DNA from: an uncultured Clostridia bacterium
GTDB taxonomy: Bacteria > Bacillota > Clostridia > Oscillospirales > Acutalibacteraceae
Length of the DNA: 64,000 bases
Assembly: GCA_947628175.1 (NCBI GenBank)
Contig: CANQZA010000001.1
Coordinates: 4,883-68,882 of the forward strand
Direction of reading: 5' to 3'
Shown: positions 19,542 to 27,914 of the stretch, in pieces
Layout of the letters: each line of letters begins with the position of its first letter
How positions within the stretch are numbered: position 1 is the first letter of the stretch
Notes under the pieces: generated by a model
What the model saw: only the letters and a program-made list of their open reading frames with translations
Database searches by the model: none
Told to the model about the DNA's origin: nothing
Translations under genes and position numbers: made by a program

Positions 19542-20381
19542 TTAATCGTAATTTCGTGTTCTTTCGATATAATCAGCGAGTAAATAGGCCACTACTGCAA
19601 TTGCCAATCCGAGCAGCAATGAAATGACAAAAACAAATCTTACAGAATTTGCTGCCGCATCGGCATAAAAGGATGGATAAATTTTAGGCGATTGTCCTAT
19701 ACCCGTTATGAGCGCAGTGATTGAGGTAAGCATAAATGTAATGCCCGTTGCGATATACCCCATAAGCATTGCCATAAACGCATCCTTATTTTTTGAAAAA
19801 AGGGAAAAAAACGCAATGATGGAAATAACCACAAGCAATATTCCTATTGAGGCATATCTTGAATACTTGGTTTGCGTTTCTTTTACAAATGCTTTCATAC
19901 TTTCTATATTATCAATACCATAACTGTCGGCATATATTTCCGCCGCTTTGACTGCTGTATTATGAACCTGCTGTTTGTTGTATTTTATATTGTTGCCTTC
20001 AAGATATTCCGTGCACAGCTCTTCAAACAGTTCAATTCTCGCGGATGTATAAAGCGAGGTATCAAGGGAATTGAAAAGTCTTTCTACTGCATCAGCACCC
20101 ATTTCATCATCAAGTTTGATTTCGGTTTCAAAAACTCTTACCGGAATGGAGCTCTCAAGCGACAAAATCTGAATACGGTCATTAAAATTTTGTTTGCACT
20201 GTTCCTCCACGCGTTTTGTCAAAAATGTGAGCTTTAGATAATCAGGCGAACACAGCGTACCCTTAATTAAAACAGAACCGAAACACAGCACATTGCCTGC
20301 CACCATAACTGCGGCAAATATAAGACAAAGTATTTTTCTTGTTTTTTTAAGTGACATAGACATCCGAGGCGTGCCGCGCAC
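19542..20381 (-). CDS. Hypothetical membrane protein (N-terminal TM, soluble loop, about 3 C-terminal TMs)
   Basis: 279-aa ORF with hydrophobic segments; RBS AGGAGG; 11 bp from the upstream gene. Confidence 0.75.
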   Translation of the reverse strand: MRGTPRMSMSLKKTRKILCLIFAAVMVAGNVLCFGSVLIKGTLCSPDYLKLTFLTKRVEEQCKQNFNDRIQILSLESSIPVRVFETEIKLDDEMGADAVERLFNSLDTSLYTSARIELFEELCTEYLEGNNIKYNKQQVHNTAVKAAEIYADSYGIDNIESMKAFVKETQTKYSRYASIGILLVVISIIAFFSLFSKNKDAFMAMLMGYIATGITFMLTSITALITGIGQSPKIYPSFYADAAANSVRFVFVISLLLGLAIAVVAYLLADYIERTRNYD

Positions 20382-20392
20382 GCTTCCTCCTA

Positions 20393-20980
20393 TTAGATTA
20401 ATTGACCGACAGCGACAAAATATCTGCTGCTGATACCCACTCCCGAACTGTTGTCTGTATAAATCGCAACAGATTTTCCGATACCGTCGGCAGAGCTTTT
20501 CAATTCATTTTGGTTATCGGCTGCAAATGTATCCGTTATTTTGAAGGTATAGCTTTTATTCTTTATATTTATTGAAACAACATTGCCTTTTTTAAGTGAT
20601 TTTATTGTTTTTGAATCATTCTTTTTACAGTATATAAAGGTACATCCTGTCTCATCGAAAAAAGCACTGTCTTCCAAAATACTGAGCTTTCCCGAACCGT
20701 TGACCTCATCGGCATTATATATTAACGGAAATTCCTTATCCGCAATCTCCGCAGTGCCCATAACCGTATTTTTTTCAATACCGTCAAAGCTGTCCGCGCT
20801 ATCCTTATCAAGCTCTTTGAGGTGTGCTTTTTCATATTCCGCAAGCGTTACCGTTTCATCACTGAACGGGAACTTGTCCGCAGACTGGACAAGCACGGTA
20901 CAGACAACTATCGTCATAACCGCACCTATTATTGCGGGGTATATAATCCACTTGTAAAAAGAGATTTTTTTCTTAGCCAT
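20393..20980 (-). CDS. Sortase-fold protein lacking catalytic His/Cys
   Basis: N-terminal anchor, G.AEI...EFPLIY, LKKGNVVSI...YTFKITDT, VAIYTDNS, RYFVAVGQL align to class D sortases. AGH is replaced by YCK and TC by TD. Confidence 0.6.
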   Translation of the reverse strand: MAKKKISFYKWIIYPAIIGAVMTIVVCTVLVQSADKFPFSDETVTLAEYEKAHLKELDKDSADSFDGIEKNTVMGTAEIADKEFPLIYNADEVNGSGKLSILEDSAFFDETGCTFIYCKKNDSKTIKSLKKGNVVSINIKNKSYTFKITDTFAADNQNELKSSADGIGKSVAIYTDNSSGVGISSRYFVAVGQLI

Positions 20981-21001
20981 CCTGCTTTCCGCCAATCCTT
21001 G

Positions 21002-21856
21002 CTATTTTCTGTTTATATCCTGAGACTGCAGCGCATTCTGCATAATGCCTGTCTTTTTCTTTTTAGGCTTATATGCGGGAGGATTTTTCAGCTTTCCCGC
21101 GAGCCTGCCGTTTTTCTGCGTAATTTTATTAATTTCGTGAACGGGCCCTGCCATATAATCAGACATATATTTATCGGCAACCTCCATCATTGCCTTATCA
21201 TTTTTCATTTCACCCAGAATCGTAACACCTATAATATCCTGAACTTCATTTGTGGCATCTTCATAAACTTCGTTGAGCATTTTAAACAGTTTTTTTCTTT
21301 CGGCCTCGCTGCCGTCCCTGATCACGCTCATAACTCTCGGTGTTCCATGCTCAACAAAAAATGTTTCGGGCAGGAATTCATTATATTTTGAAATATTATC
21401 CTTAATAAGATTCTTCATATCAGGATAAAGTACACCGAAACGGTTTGCAAGAGAATCGGTATCATAACTGATTGCTCCGCTTTTAGCTTTCGATCTTGAA
21501 ACAGCCTTGGGCATTTTTATTTTGTCCAGATCAACCTTTTTCTTTGATTTAAAAAGAGACGCAATTTCGTCCTGTATTTCATTCGCAAGCGATTTTGCAT
21601 CCTTTTCGTCATAGCTGCGCGTATCAAAAAGGCTTCTTGAAATTGTATTGAATTCGGTTTTTTCGCCGTCTGTCTCAGTTGCGTATTCAAACGACACAGC
21701 ACTGCTCTGCGCGTCATAAACCACCCTGTACGCACCCTTTTCTGACGAAAAAGATATACAGTTTTCCACATCGGATGGTTTCTGTTTAAAACCGAGCTCA
21801 CTGTTTATGTTTTCAAGATTCTTCTCAATAAGCTTGAGAGCATCATTTATTTCCAT
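21002..21856 (-). CDS. Hypothetical cytoplasmic protein (284 aa)
   Basis: Long ORF with RBS GGGAG; first gene of the operon; no recognised motif. Confidence 0.75.
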   Translation of the reverse strand: MEINDALKLIEKNLENINSELGFKQKPSDVENCISFSSEKGAYRVVYDAQSSAVSFEYATETDGEKTEFNTISRSLFDTRSYDEKDAKSLANEIQDEIASLFKSKKKVDLDKIKMPKAVSRSKAKSGAISYDTDSLANRFGVLYPDMKNLIKDNISKYNEFLPETFFVEHGTPRVMSVIRDGSEAERKKLFKMLNEVYEDATNEVQDIIGVTILGEMKNDKAMMEVADKYMSDYMAGPVHEINKITQKNGRLAGKLKNPPAYKPKKKKTGIMQNALQSQDINRK

Positions 21857-22058
21857 ACTCTATCTCCCGTAAAATTATTTTAAAGAACAAATATTATATA
21901 ATTCAAGATAGTATTATATCATCTTCGTATCCGTTTGTCACTAAAATTTTTATTAACTTATTCTAAATACTGCGTGAACTTAAATATAAATATTATTGAT
22001 TATTGTGATTTACTGTGTTACAATATTATGAATAATCGAACAGACAGGAGCTGCCAGT

Positions 22059-23126
22059 GTGAATAAAATTACAATTGCCGTACTTTTCGGCGGTGTATCG
22101 TCTGAGCACGATATAAGCTTAATATCAGCAAAGGGTATTCTATCAAATATAGATTACGATAAATATAATATTATTCTTATGGGTATAACAAAGCAGGGAA
22201 AGTGGTATATTTTCAATGATGATATAAATATGCTCCCCGACGACAGATGGCTTGAATCGGCAACTCTTGTTCCCGCATTTATTTCTCCCGACGCTTCGGT
22301 TCACGGAATCGTAACCGAAAAGGGTGAGGTAATCAGGCTTGACGCCGTTTTCCCTGTTCTTCACGGCAAAAACGGTGAGGACGGCACTGTGCAGGGGCTT
22401 TTGCAGCTTGCGCAGATACCTTTTGTAGGCTGTGATTCGACATCCTCAGGTGTGTGTATGGATAAGGCTATAGCAAATGCCGTTTCAGACGCATATGGCA
22501 TTGAGCAGGCAAAATGGTGTGCCTATACGCATCACAGCTATTACGCAAATCCCGACACCTGTCTTGACGAGGCAATCGAAAAGCTGGGACTGCCCATATT
22601 TGTCAAGCCTGCCAACGCGGGCTCGTCAGTCGGCATTTCCAAAGCGCGTTCAAGAGAGGAGCTTGCAAAAGGCATTGATATTGCGTTTAAAGAGGATAAA
22701 AAGGTTGTTCTTGAGGAATTTATAGACGGTCTTGAGGTAGAATGCGCAGTTCTCGGAAATGAGGAGCCTATTGCAGGCGAGGTCGGCAGAATTGCATCTG
22801 CCGCAGAATTTTACGATTTTGACTCAAAATACAACAATCCCGAATCCAAGCTTTATATACCGGCCGATATACCCCAAGAAAAAAGAGACGAGGTAAGGAC
22901 ACAGGCTTTGAAAGCATACAAGGCACTTGGCTGCGAGGGGCTCGCCCGCGTTGACTTCTTTATAACAAAGAATGACGGAAAAATCCTGCTCAACGAGATT
23001 AACACCATTCCGGGGCAGACTTCAATCAGTATGTATCCCAAGCTTTTTGAAGTTGTAGGAATCCCTTATACACAGCTTATTGACAGGCTGATTGATTATG
23101 CGCTCAAACGCGGCAGTGTATTTTAG
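22059..23126 (+). CDS. ddl: D-alanine--D-alanine ligase
   Basis: LFGGVSSEHDIS, FPVLHG.NGEDG..QG, GSSVG, FYDFDSKY, NEINTIPG. Confidence 0.96.
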   Translation: MNKITIAVLFGGVSSEHDISLISAKGILSNIDYDKYNIILMGITKQGKWYIFNDDINMLPDDRWLESATLVPAFISPDASVHGIVTEKGEVIRLDAVFPVLHGKNGEDGTVQGLLQLAQIPFVGCDSTSSGVCMDKAIANAVSDAYGIEQAKWCAYTHHSYYANPDTCLDEAIEKLGLPIFVKPANAGSSVGISKARSREELAKGIDIAFKEDKKVVLEEFIDGLEVECAVLGNEEPIAGEVGRIASAAEFYDFDSKYNNPESKLYIPADIPQEKRDEVRTQALKAYKALGCEGLARVDFFITKNDGKILLNEINTIPGQTSISMYPKLFEVVGIPYTQLIDRLIDYALKRGSVF

Positions 23127-23237
23127 ACGCCGTCATATGACATATTAAAATAACAGTTAAATCATCCCTGTCGGCTACGCAGGGACACCGTGATGTTTAA
23201 ATAAAATTGTAGCCGGGAAGAGGCTATGTGATTTAGT

Positions 23238-23672
23238 ATGAAACAGGAAATTCTGCTTGAAATAACCGGCACACAGCAAATTGACAGTCAGCGCGATAAA
23301 ATTGAGCTTACAACCGTAGGCGAGATTGAAGAGATTGATGATGCTTACATAGTTTATTATACAGAGGAACAGGAGCCTCCGCTTTCACCGGTACAGGCAA
23401 CTGTTAAAATATATAAAAACGGTAATTCGGTGGAAATGACGAGAACGGGAGCATATGATTCCTGCCTTGTCATTGAAAAATCAAAGCGTAACCTCTGTCA
23501 TTACGGAACTCAGTTCGGAGACATTCTTATGGGAATATCAGGCCGTTCGATAGAAAGTGAGTTCAACGGCAGCAGAGGATGCTTTAATTTCGGATACGAC
23601 ATTGATGTAAACGGAGCACTTGCCTCACGCAACGAGGTAAAAATGACATTTAGAAAAAATCAGGAGCAGTAA
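23238..23672 (+). CDS. DUF1934 (YwiB-like) protein
   Basis: All-beta pattern, YTEEQE, CHYGTQFG; immediately upstream of argS as commonly seen in Firmicutes. Confidence 0.8.
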   Translation: MKQEILLEITGTQQIDSQRDKIELTTVGEIEEIDDAYIVYYTEEQEPPLSPVQATVKIYKNGNSVEMTRTGAYDSCLVIEKSKRNLCHYGTQFGDILMGISGRSIESEFNGSRGCFNFGYDIDVNGALASRNEVKMTFRKNQEQ

Positions 23673-23676
23673 AAAG

Positions 23677-25365
23677 ATGTCTGAATTAGTTAAAAAAACG
23701 GAAAATATATTAAAGCAAAGAATTACTCTGGCAATGGAATCAGCTATACGCAACGGTGAGCTTCCGCAGGCTGAAATACCTGAATTTATCATTGAAATTC
23801 CGTCAAACAAGGCAAACGGCGATTATTCGTCAAACGCTGCAATGGCAGGCGCAAGAGTGTTTAAAAGAGCTCCGAGAGCTATTGCGCAGAGCATTGTTGA
23901 CAATCTGGACCTCACAAACACCCTCTTTGACAGAGCCGAAATAGCGGGTCCGGGCTTTATTAATCTTTTTCTGTCACAGAAATATTACAGCGAAATTTTA
24001 AAGGATATTTTTGCACGGGGAAATGATTACGGAAAGTCCGACTACGGACAGGGCAAACGAATTCTTGTTGAGTTTGTATCTGCAAATCCGACAGGACCCA
24101 TGCATATAGGAAATGCCCGAGGAGGAGCAATCGGCGACTGCCTTGCCTCTGTACTCGACTGGGCCGGATATGAGGTGAACCGTGAATTCTATGTCAATGA
24201 CGCCGGTAATCAAATAGAAAAATTTGCGACCTCGCTTGAGGTCAGATATCTTCAGCACTTCAAAAATAATATTGAAATGCCCGAGGACGCTTACCATGGA
24301 GCTGACATAACGGAACACGCCGAAAACTTCATAAATGCGTTCGGCGACAGATATGTGGACTGCGAATCCGCGCAAAGAAGAAAAGCGCTTGTTGATTTTG
24401 CTCTGCCTAAAAACATTAAGGGACTTGAAGAAGATCTCGCAAGATACAGAATAAAATATGACAGATGGTTCAGGGAATCGTCGCTTCACAATGACGGATC
24501 GGTTGAAAAAATCATTCATACGCTTAAAGAAAAGGGAGTAACATATGAAAAGGACTCCGCTTTATGGTTCAAAGCCTCCGAATATGGCAATGATAAAGAT
24601 ATAGTTCTTATCCGTGCAAACGGACTGCCGACATATATTGTTCCGGATATTGCATATCATTACAATAAGCTCGTCACACGCGGCTATGATAAGGCAATTG
24701 ATGTTTTGGGAGCGGACCACCACGGCTATGTTGCAAGAATGAAGGCGGCGCTCACGGCCCTCGATATTGACGCGTCAAAGTTTGACGCCGTTATTATGCA
24801 GATGGTGAGGCTGGTCCGTGACGGTGAAACAATCAAGCTGTCAAAGCGTTCGGGAAAGGCTATAACACTCAACACGCTTATTGACGAGGTTCCGCTTGAT
24901 GCGGCAAGATTTTTCTTTAATCTGCGTGAGCCGAATTCTCATTTTGATTTTGATCTTGAGCTTGCCGCCAAGCAGTCAAGCGACAATCCTGTTTATTATG
25001 TTCAGTATGCGCACGCGCGCATCTGCTCCATTCTCAAAAAGGCACGCAGCGAGGGAATTGAGCTGAGAACACCTGACGACAGCGAGCTTGCACTGCTCAC
25101 ATCAGATGAGGAAAGGGAGCTTATACGCCACCTCTCGTCCCTGACAAACGAAGTCATATCGGCAGCCAGAACATATGATCCTGCAAAAATCACCCACTAT
25201 GTTATTGAACTGGCAACTCTCTTTCATAAATTCTATAATGCACAGAGAGTTATGGTGGAGGACGAGGGACTCATGCAGGCACGCCTTTATCTTTGCACGG
25301 CTGTGAGAGATACCATCAAAAACATACTTACTATGCTTAAAATTACTACTCCGGAATCTATGTAA
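23677..25365 (+). CDS. argS: Arginine--tRNA ligase
   Basis: VEFVSANPTGPMHIGNARG (HIGH), KLSKRSG (KMSKS-like), YVQYAHARI. Confidence 0.97.
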   Translation: MSELVKKTENILKQRITLAMESAIRNGELPQAEIPEFIIEIPSNKANGDYSSNAAMAGARVFKRAPRAIAQSIVDNLDLTNTLFDRAEIAGPGFINLFLSQKYYSEILKDIFARGNDYGKSDYGQGKRILVEFVSANPTGPMHIGNARGGAIGDCLASVLDWAGYEVNREFYVNDAGNQIEKFATSLEVRYLQHFKNNIEMPEDAYHGADITEHAENFINAFGDRYVDCESAQRRKALVDFALPKNIKGLEEDLARYRIKYDRWFRESSLHNDGSVEKIIHTLKEKGVTYEKDSALWFKASEYGNDKDIVLIRANGLPTYIVPDIAYHYNKLVTRGYDKAIDVLGADHHGYVARMKAALTALDIDASKFDAVIMQMVRLVRDGETIKLSKRSGKAITLNTLIDEVPLDAARFFFNLREPNSHFDFDLELAAKQSSDNPVYYVQYAHARICSILKKARSEGIELRTPDDSELALLTSDEERELIRHLSSLTNEVISAARTYDPAKITHYVIELATLFHKFYNAQRVMVEDEGLMQARLYLCTAVRDTIKNILTMLKITTPESM

Positions 25366-25376
25366 GGAGAGGGAAA

Positions 25377-26768
25377 ATGGCCCAAATAAAAAGCAAAGCA
25401 CTTCATACAGTAGGTAACAGATTGTTTCATTATCTGTATAAAAATCCTAAAAAGAATATGCTGAAGCTTGTCAGGCTCGGCAAGGTTTTTGCCGGCAGAA
25501 TGTACCCCGAAAGTACATTTACAAAACCTATAGAAATTATAACCGACGAAAGCAACATCTGGCATCAATTCCTTTTCAGAGGGATTGATGAGATTGACCA
25601 TGCTTTTTTGCAAAAAGCCGTTCTGACCTTCGGAATAGATTTGGGTCTGATAGGAACCTCCACGCTGCGCAAAAAAAGGGATATTGAAAAATGCAATATC
25701 CCTTGGGTGGTTCTTCTTGATCCGACTTCTGCCTGTAATCTTAAATGTAAAGGCTGCTGGGCGGCGGAGTACGGCCACAAGTCAAATCTTACGCTTGATG
25801 AAATGCGCAGAATCATAAGGCAGAGTAAGGAGCTTGGCACGCATTTCTTTATGTTTACAGGCGGCGAACCGCTTATCAGAAAAAAGGATATACTGACTCT
25901 TGCAGAGGAAAACAACGACTGTCTTTTTCTCGCCTTTACCAATGCTACTCTTGTGGATGATACATTCTGCGAACAGATGAAAAGCTGCGGCAATTTTGCG
26001 CTTGCGCTCTCTATTGAAGGTACGCAGGGATCAAACGACGCACGGCGCGGCGAGGGATCGTATAAAAAAACGATTGACGCAATGCGTCTTCTTAAAAAAC
26101 ACAAATGCCTTTTCGGAATATCTGTTTGCTATACAAGCCAAAACTATGACGCGGTTACATCAGATGCGTTTTATGATTTGATGATAGAAAACGGCGCAAG
26201 ATATGCGTGGTATTTCCATTATATGCCTGTCGGAAGTGACGCAGATACTGATTTGCTTTTAACTCCATCTCAGCGTGAATATGTTTACAGAGCCATAAGG
26301 GCAAAACGAAATGCAAAAACGGGAAAACCTATTTTTACCGTAGACTTTCAGAATGATGCCGAATATGTCGGCGGTTGTATTGCGGGCGGACGAAATTATT
26401 TTCATGTCAATTCCGACGGTTATGTCGAACCGTGTGTATTTGTGCATTACTCTGACTCGAATATCAGGGAAAAAAGTATAATCGAATGTCTTAAATCACC
26501 TTTATTTCAGGAATATTATAAGGGACAACCGTTTAACGATAATATGCTGCGTCCATGCCCTATGCTTGAAAATCCGCAGGCGCTGAGGCACATTGTCAAA
26601 AAATCGGGAGCAAAATCGACAAATATGATTATGCCTGAATCGGTAGATGCGCTTTGCGCAAAATGTGATTCATACGCACAAAGCTGGGCGCCCAGAGCAA
26701 AAGAAATCTGGGAGGAGCAGGAACGCTTCAGACCGTTTACACAATATTACCGCGACACCATCATATAA
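25377..26768 (+). CDS. Radical SAM/SPASM protein with N-terminal helical extension
   Basis: CNLKCKGC, FTGGEP, GCIAGGRNYFHVNSDG.VEPC..RPCP. Confidence 0.88.
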   Translation: MAQIKSKALHTVGNRLFHYLYKNPKKNMLKLVRLGKVFAGRMYPESTFTKPIEIITDESNIWHQFLFRGIDEIDHAFLQKAVLTFGIDLGLIGTSTLRKKRDIEKCNIPWVVLLDPTSACNLKCKGCWAAEYGHKSNLTLDEMRRIIRQSKELGTHFFMFTGGEPLIRKKDILTLAEENNDCLFLAFTNATLVDDTFCEQMKSCGNFALALSIEGTQGSNDARRGEGSYKKTIDAMRLLKKHKCLFGISVCYTSQNYDAVTSDAFYDLMIENGARYAWYFHYMPVGSDADTDLLLTPSQREYVYRAIRAKRNAKTGKPIFTVDFQNDAEYVGGCIAGGRNYFHVNSDGYVEPCVFVHYSDSNIREKSIIECLKSPLFQEYYKGQPFNDNMLRPCPMLENPQALRHIVKKSGAKSTNMIMPESVDALCAKCDSYAQSWAPRAKEIWEEQERFRPFTQYYRDTII

Positions 26769-26778
26769 AAAAACAAGC

Positions 26779-26817
26779 AACGGAGACCAATCCTGTTAGG
26801 AGGTCTCCGTTTTTTTA
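26779..26817. terminator. Bidirectional terminator
   Basis: aacggagacc...ggtctccgtt with inner tcct/agga stem and T-run. Confidence 0.8.
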
Positions 26818-26828
26818 CATCGATATTT

Positions 26829-27914
26829 TTACTCGCTACCGCGTTTGTCCGTCGGTATGGATTTATACCCGGCAATATGATAAAACAGTATCTGAAGAAC
26901 AACATTGCCCATAATCGGATTATAAAGAGGAAGCAACCCGTCATATGTGACTTTGTTTTCAAAACCGCTCATCTCGTTTTTCAGATTCTGCGGAACAACC
27001 AAAAGCGTATTTTCACGGTACGGATACAACGCCATGAGGGCCGGCGGCATCAGCTCCCTGTTTGATATAAAGGCTATAATCAGTTCAGGCGCTTCCTGTG
27101 AAAACGCAAGTTCTCCTGCCGGCACTGCCTTTGCATGTATACCGCACAGTTTCTCAGCCATAAATTCGCCGTAAACGGCACAGGCAAAGTCTGTATTAAT
27201 ACCTGTAAAAATTATTCTTTTGCACTGCGCGATTTCTTTTGAAAGGCTGTTTAATATACAGTCCTTTTTAAGCAGTTGCTTTACTCTGCCGCCTATTTCA
27301 AAAATCATCTTTGACGCAATTTCATAATACAAATCGGTTATGACCTGTCCTTTTTTACCGAAATAAAGACACATAAGAGACAGGGCGATATTATTCATCG
27401 TATTCACCGCTGTGGGAACAACGCCAAGCTGGCGGTAGTTAATATCAACACAGTTTTTAAATTTATCACCGGCGCATTTATTCTGAATGGAAATGAGCTT
27501 TGCACCCGACTTCAATACACGGTTGACACAGGAGGATTTATCTCTCGAGTCACTTTCACCGACCATTATAACAAGAGTATATCTGTCCAGTACAGGATTT
27601 GCACAGTTAAATTCCGACATCAGGACAGGCATACAAATTAAATCGGCAATAATTTCAAAATTATACGCACCAAAAACGGCGCAGCAGTAGTTAGCATAAT
27701 CACAGACAATATACGCTCTTTTTATTTTTTCAATATGAATTTTATAAAATGTAAAATTGATTTTGCCCGCATCTGTATATGCTTTCAGGAACCGCTCAAT
27801 CGATTTCATCTGCGTAAATATTTCCTTTTTCATAAAATCGGGAAAGCCGTCCTTACTAACAGCCGTTTCGACCGGGGGAATATGCTTTTTTCTTTTTGGA
27901 AAAATATTTTTCAT
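26829..27914 (-). CDS. Degenerate double-SIS protein resembling the GlmS isomerase half
   Basis: DGFPDFMKKEIFTQ resembles GlmS HFMLKEIHEQP. Two SIS-like halves, no glutaminase domain, SQSGET replaced by GESDSR, no C-terminal AKSVTVE. Confidence 0.6.
   Translation of the reverse strand: MKNIFPKRKKHIPPVETAVSKDGFPDFMKKEIFTQMKSIERFLKAYTDAGKINFTFYKIHIEKIKRAYIVCDYANYCCAVFGAYNFEIIADLICMPVLMSEFNCANPVLDRYTLVIMVGESDSRDKSSCVNRVLKSGAKLISIQNKCAGDKFKNCVDINYRQLGVVPTAVNTMNNIALSLMCLYFGKKGQVITDLYYEIASKMIFEIGGRVKQLLKKDCILNSLSKEIAQCKRIIFTGINTDFACAVYGEFMAEKLCGIHAKAVPAGELAFSQEAPELIIAFISNRELMPPALMALYPYRENTLLVVPQNLKNEMSGFENKVTYDGLLPLYNPIMGNVVLQILFYHIAGYKSIPTDKRGSE

Noticed and set aside
22790-22840. Ddl omega loop FYDFDSKY as a D-Ala-D-Lac (vancomycin-resistance) signature
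   Set aside because: The discriminating terminal Tyr (E. coli DdlB Y216 equivalent) is retained and no van genes are adjacent
23161-23230. SAM-II riboswitch (AUAAA..UGUAGC resemblance)
   Set aside because: The U-rich L1 and the GCUAAA triplex partner are missing. Kept only as an unclassified pseudoknot.
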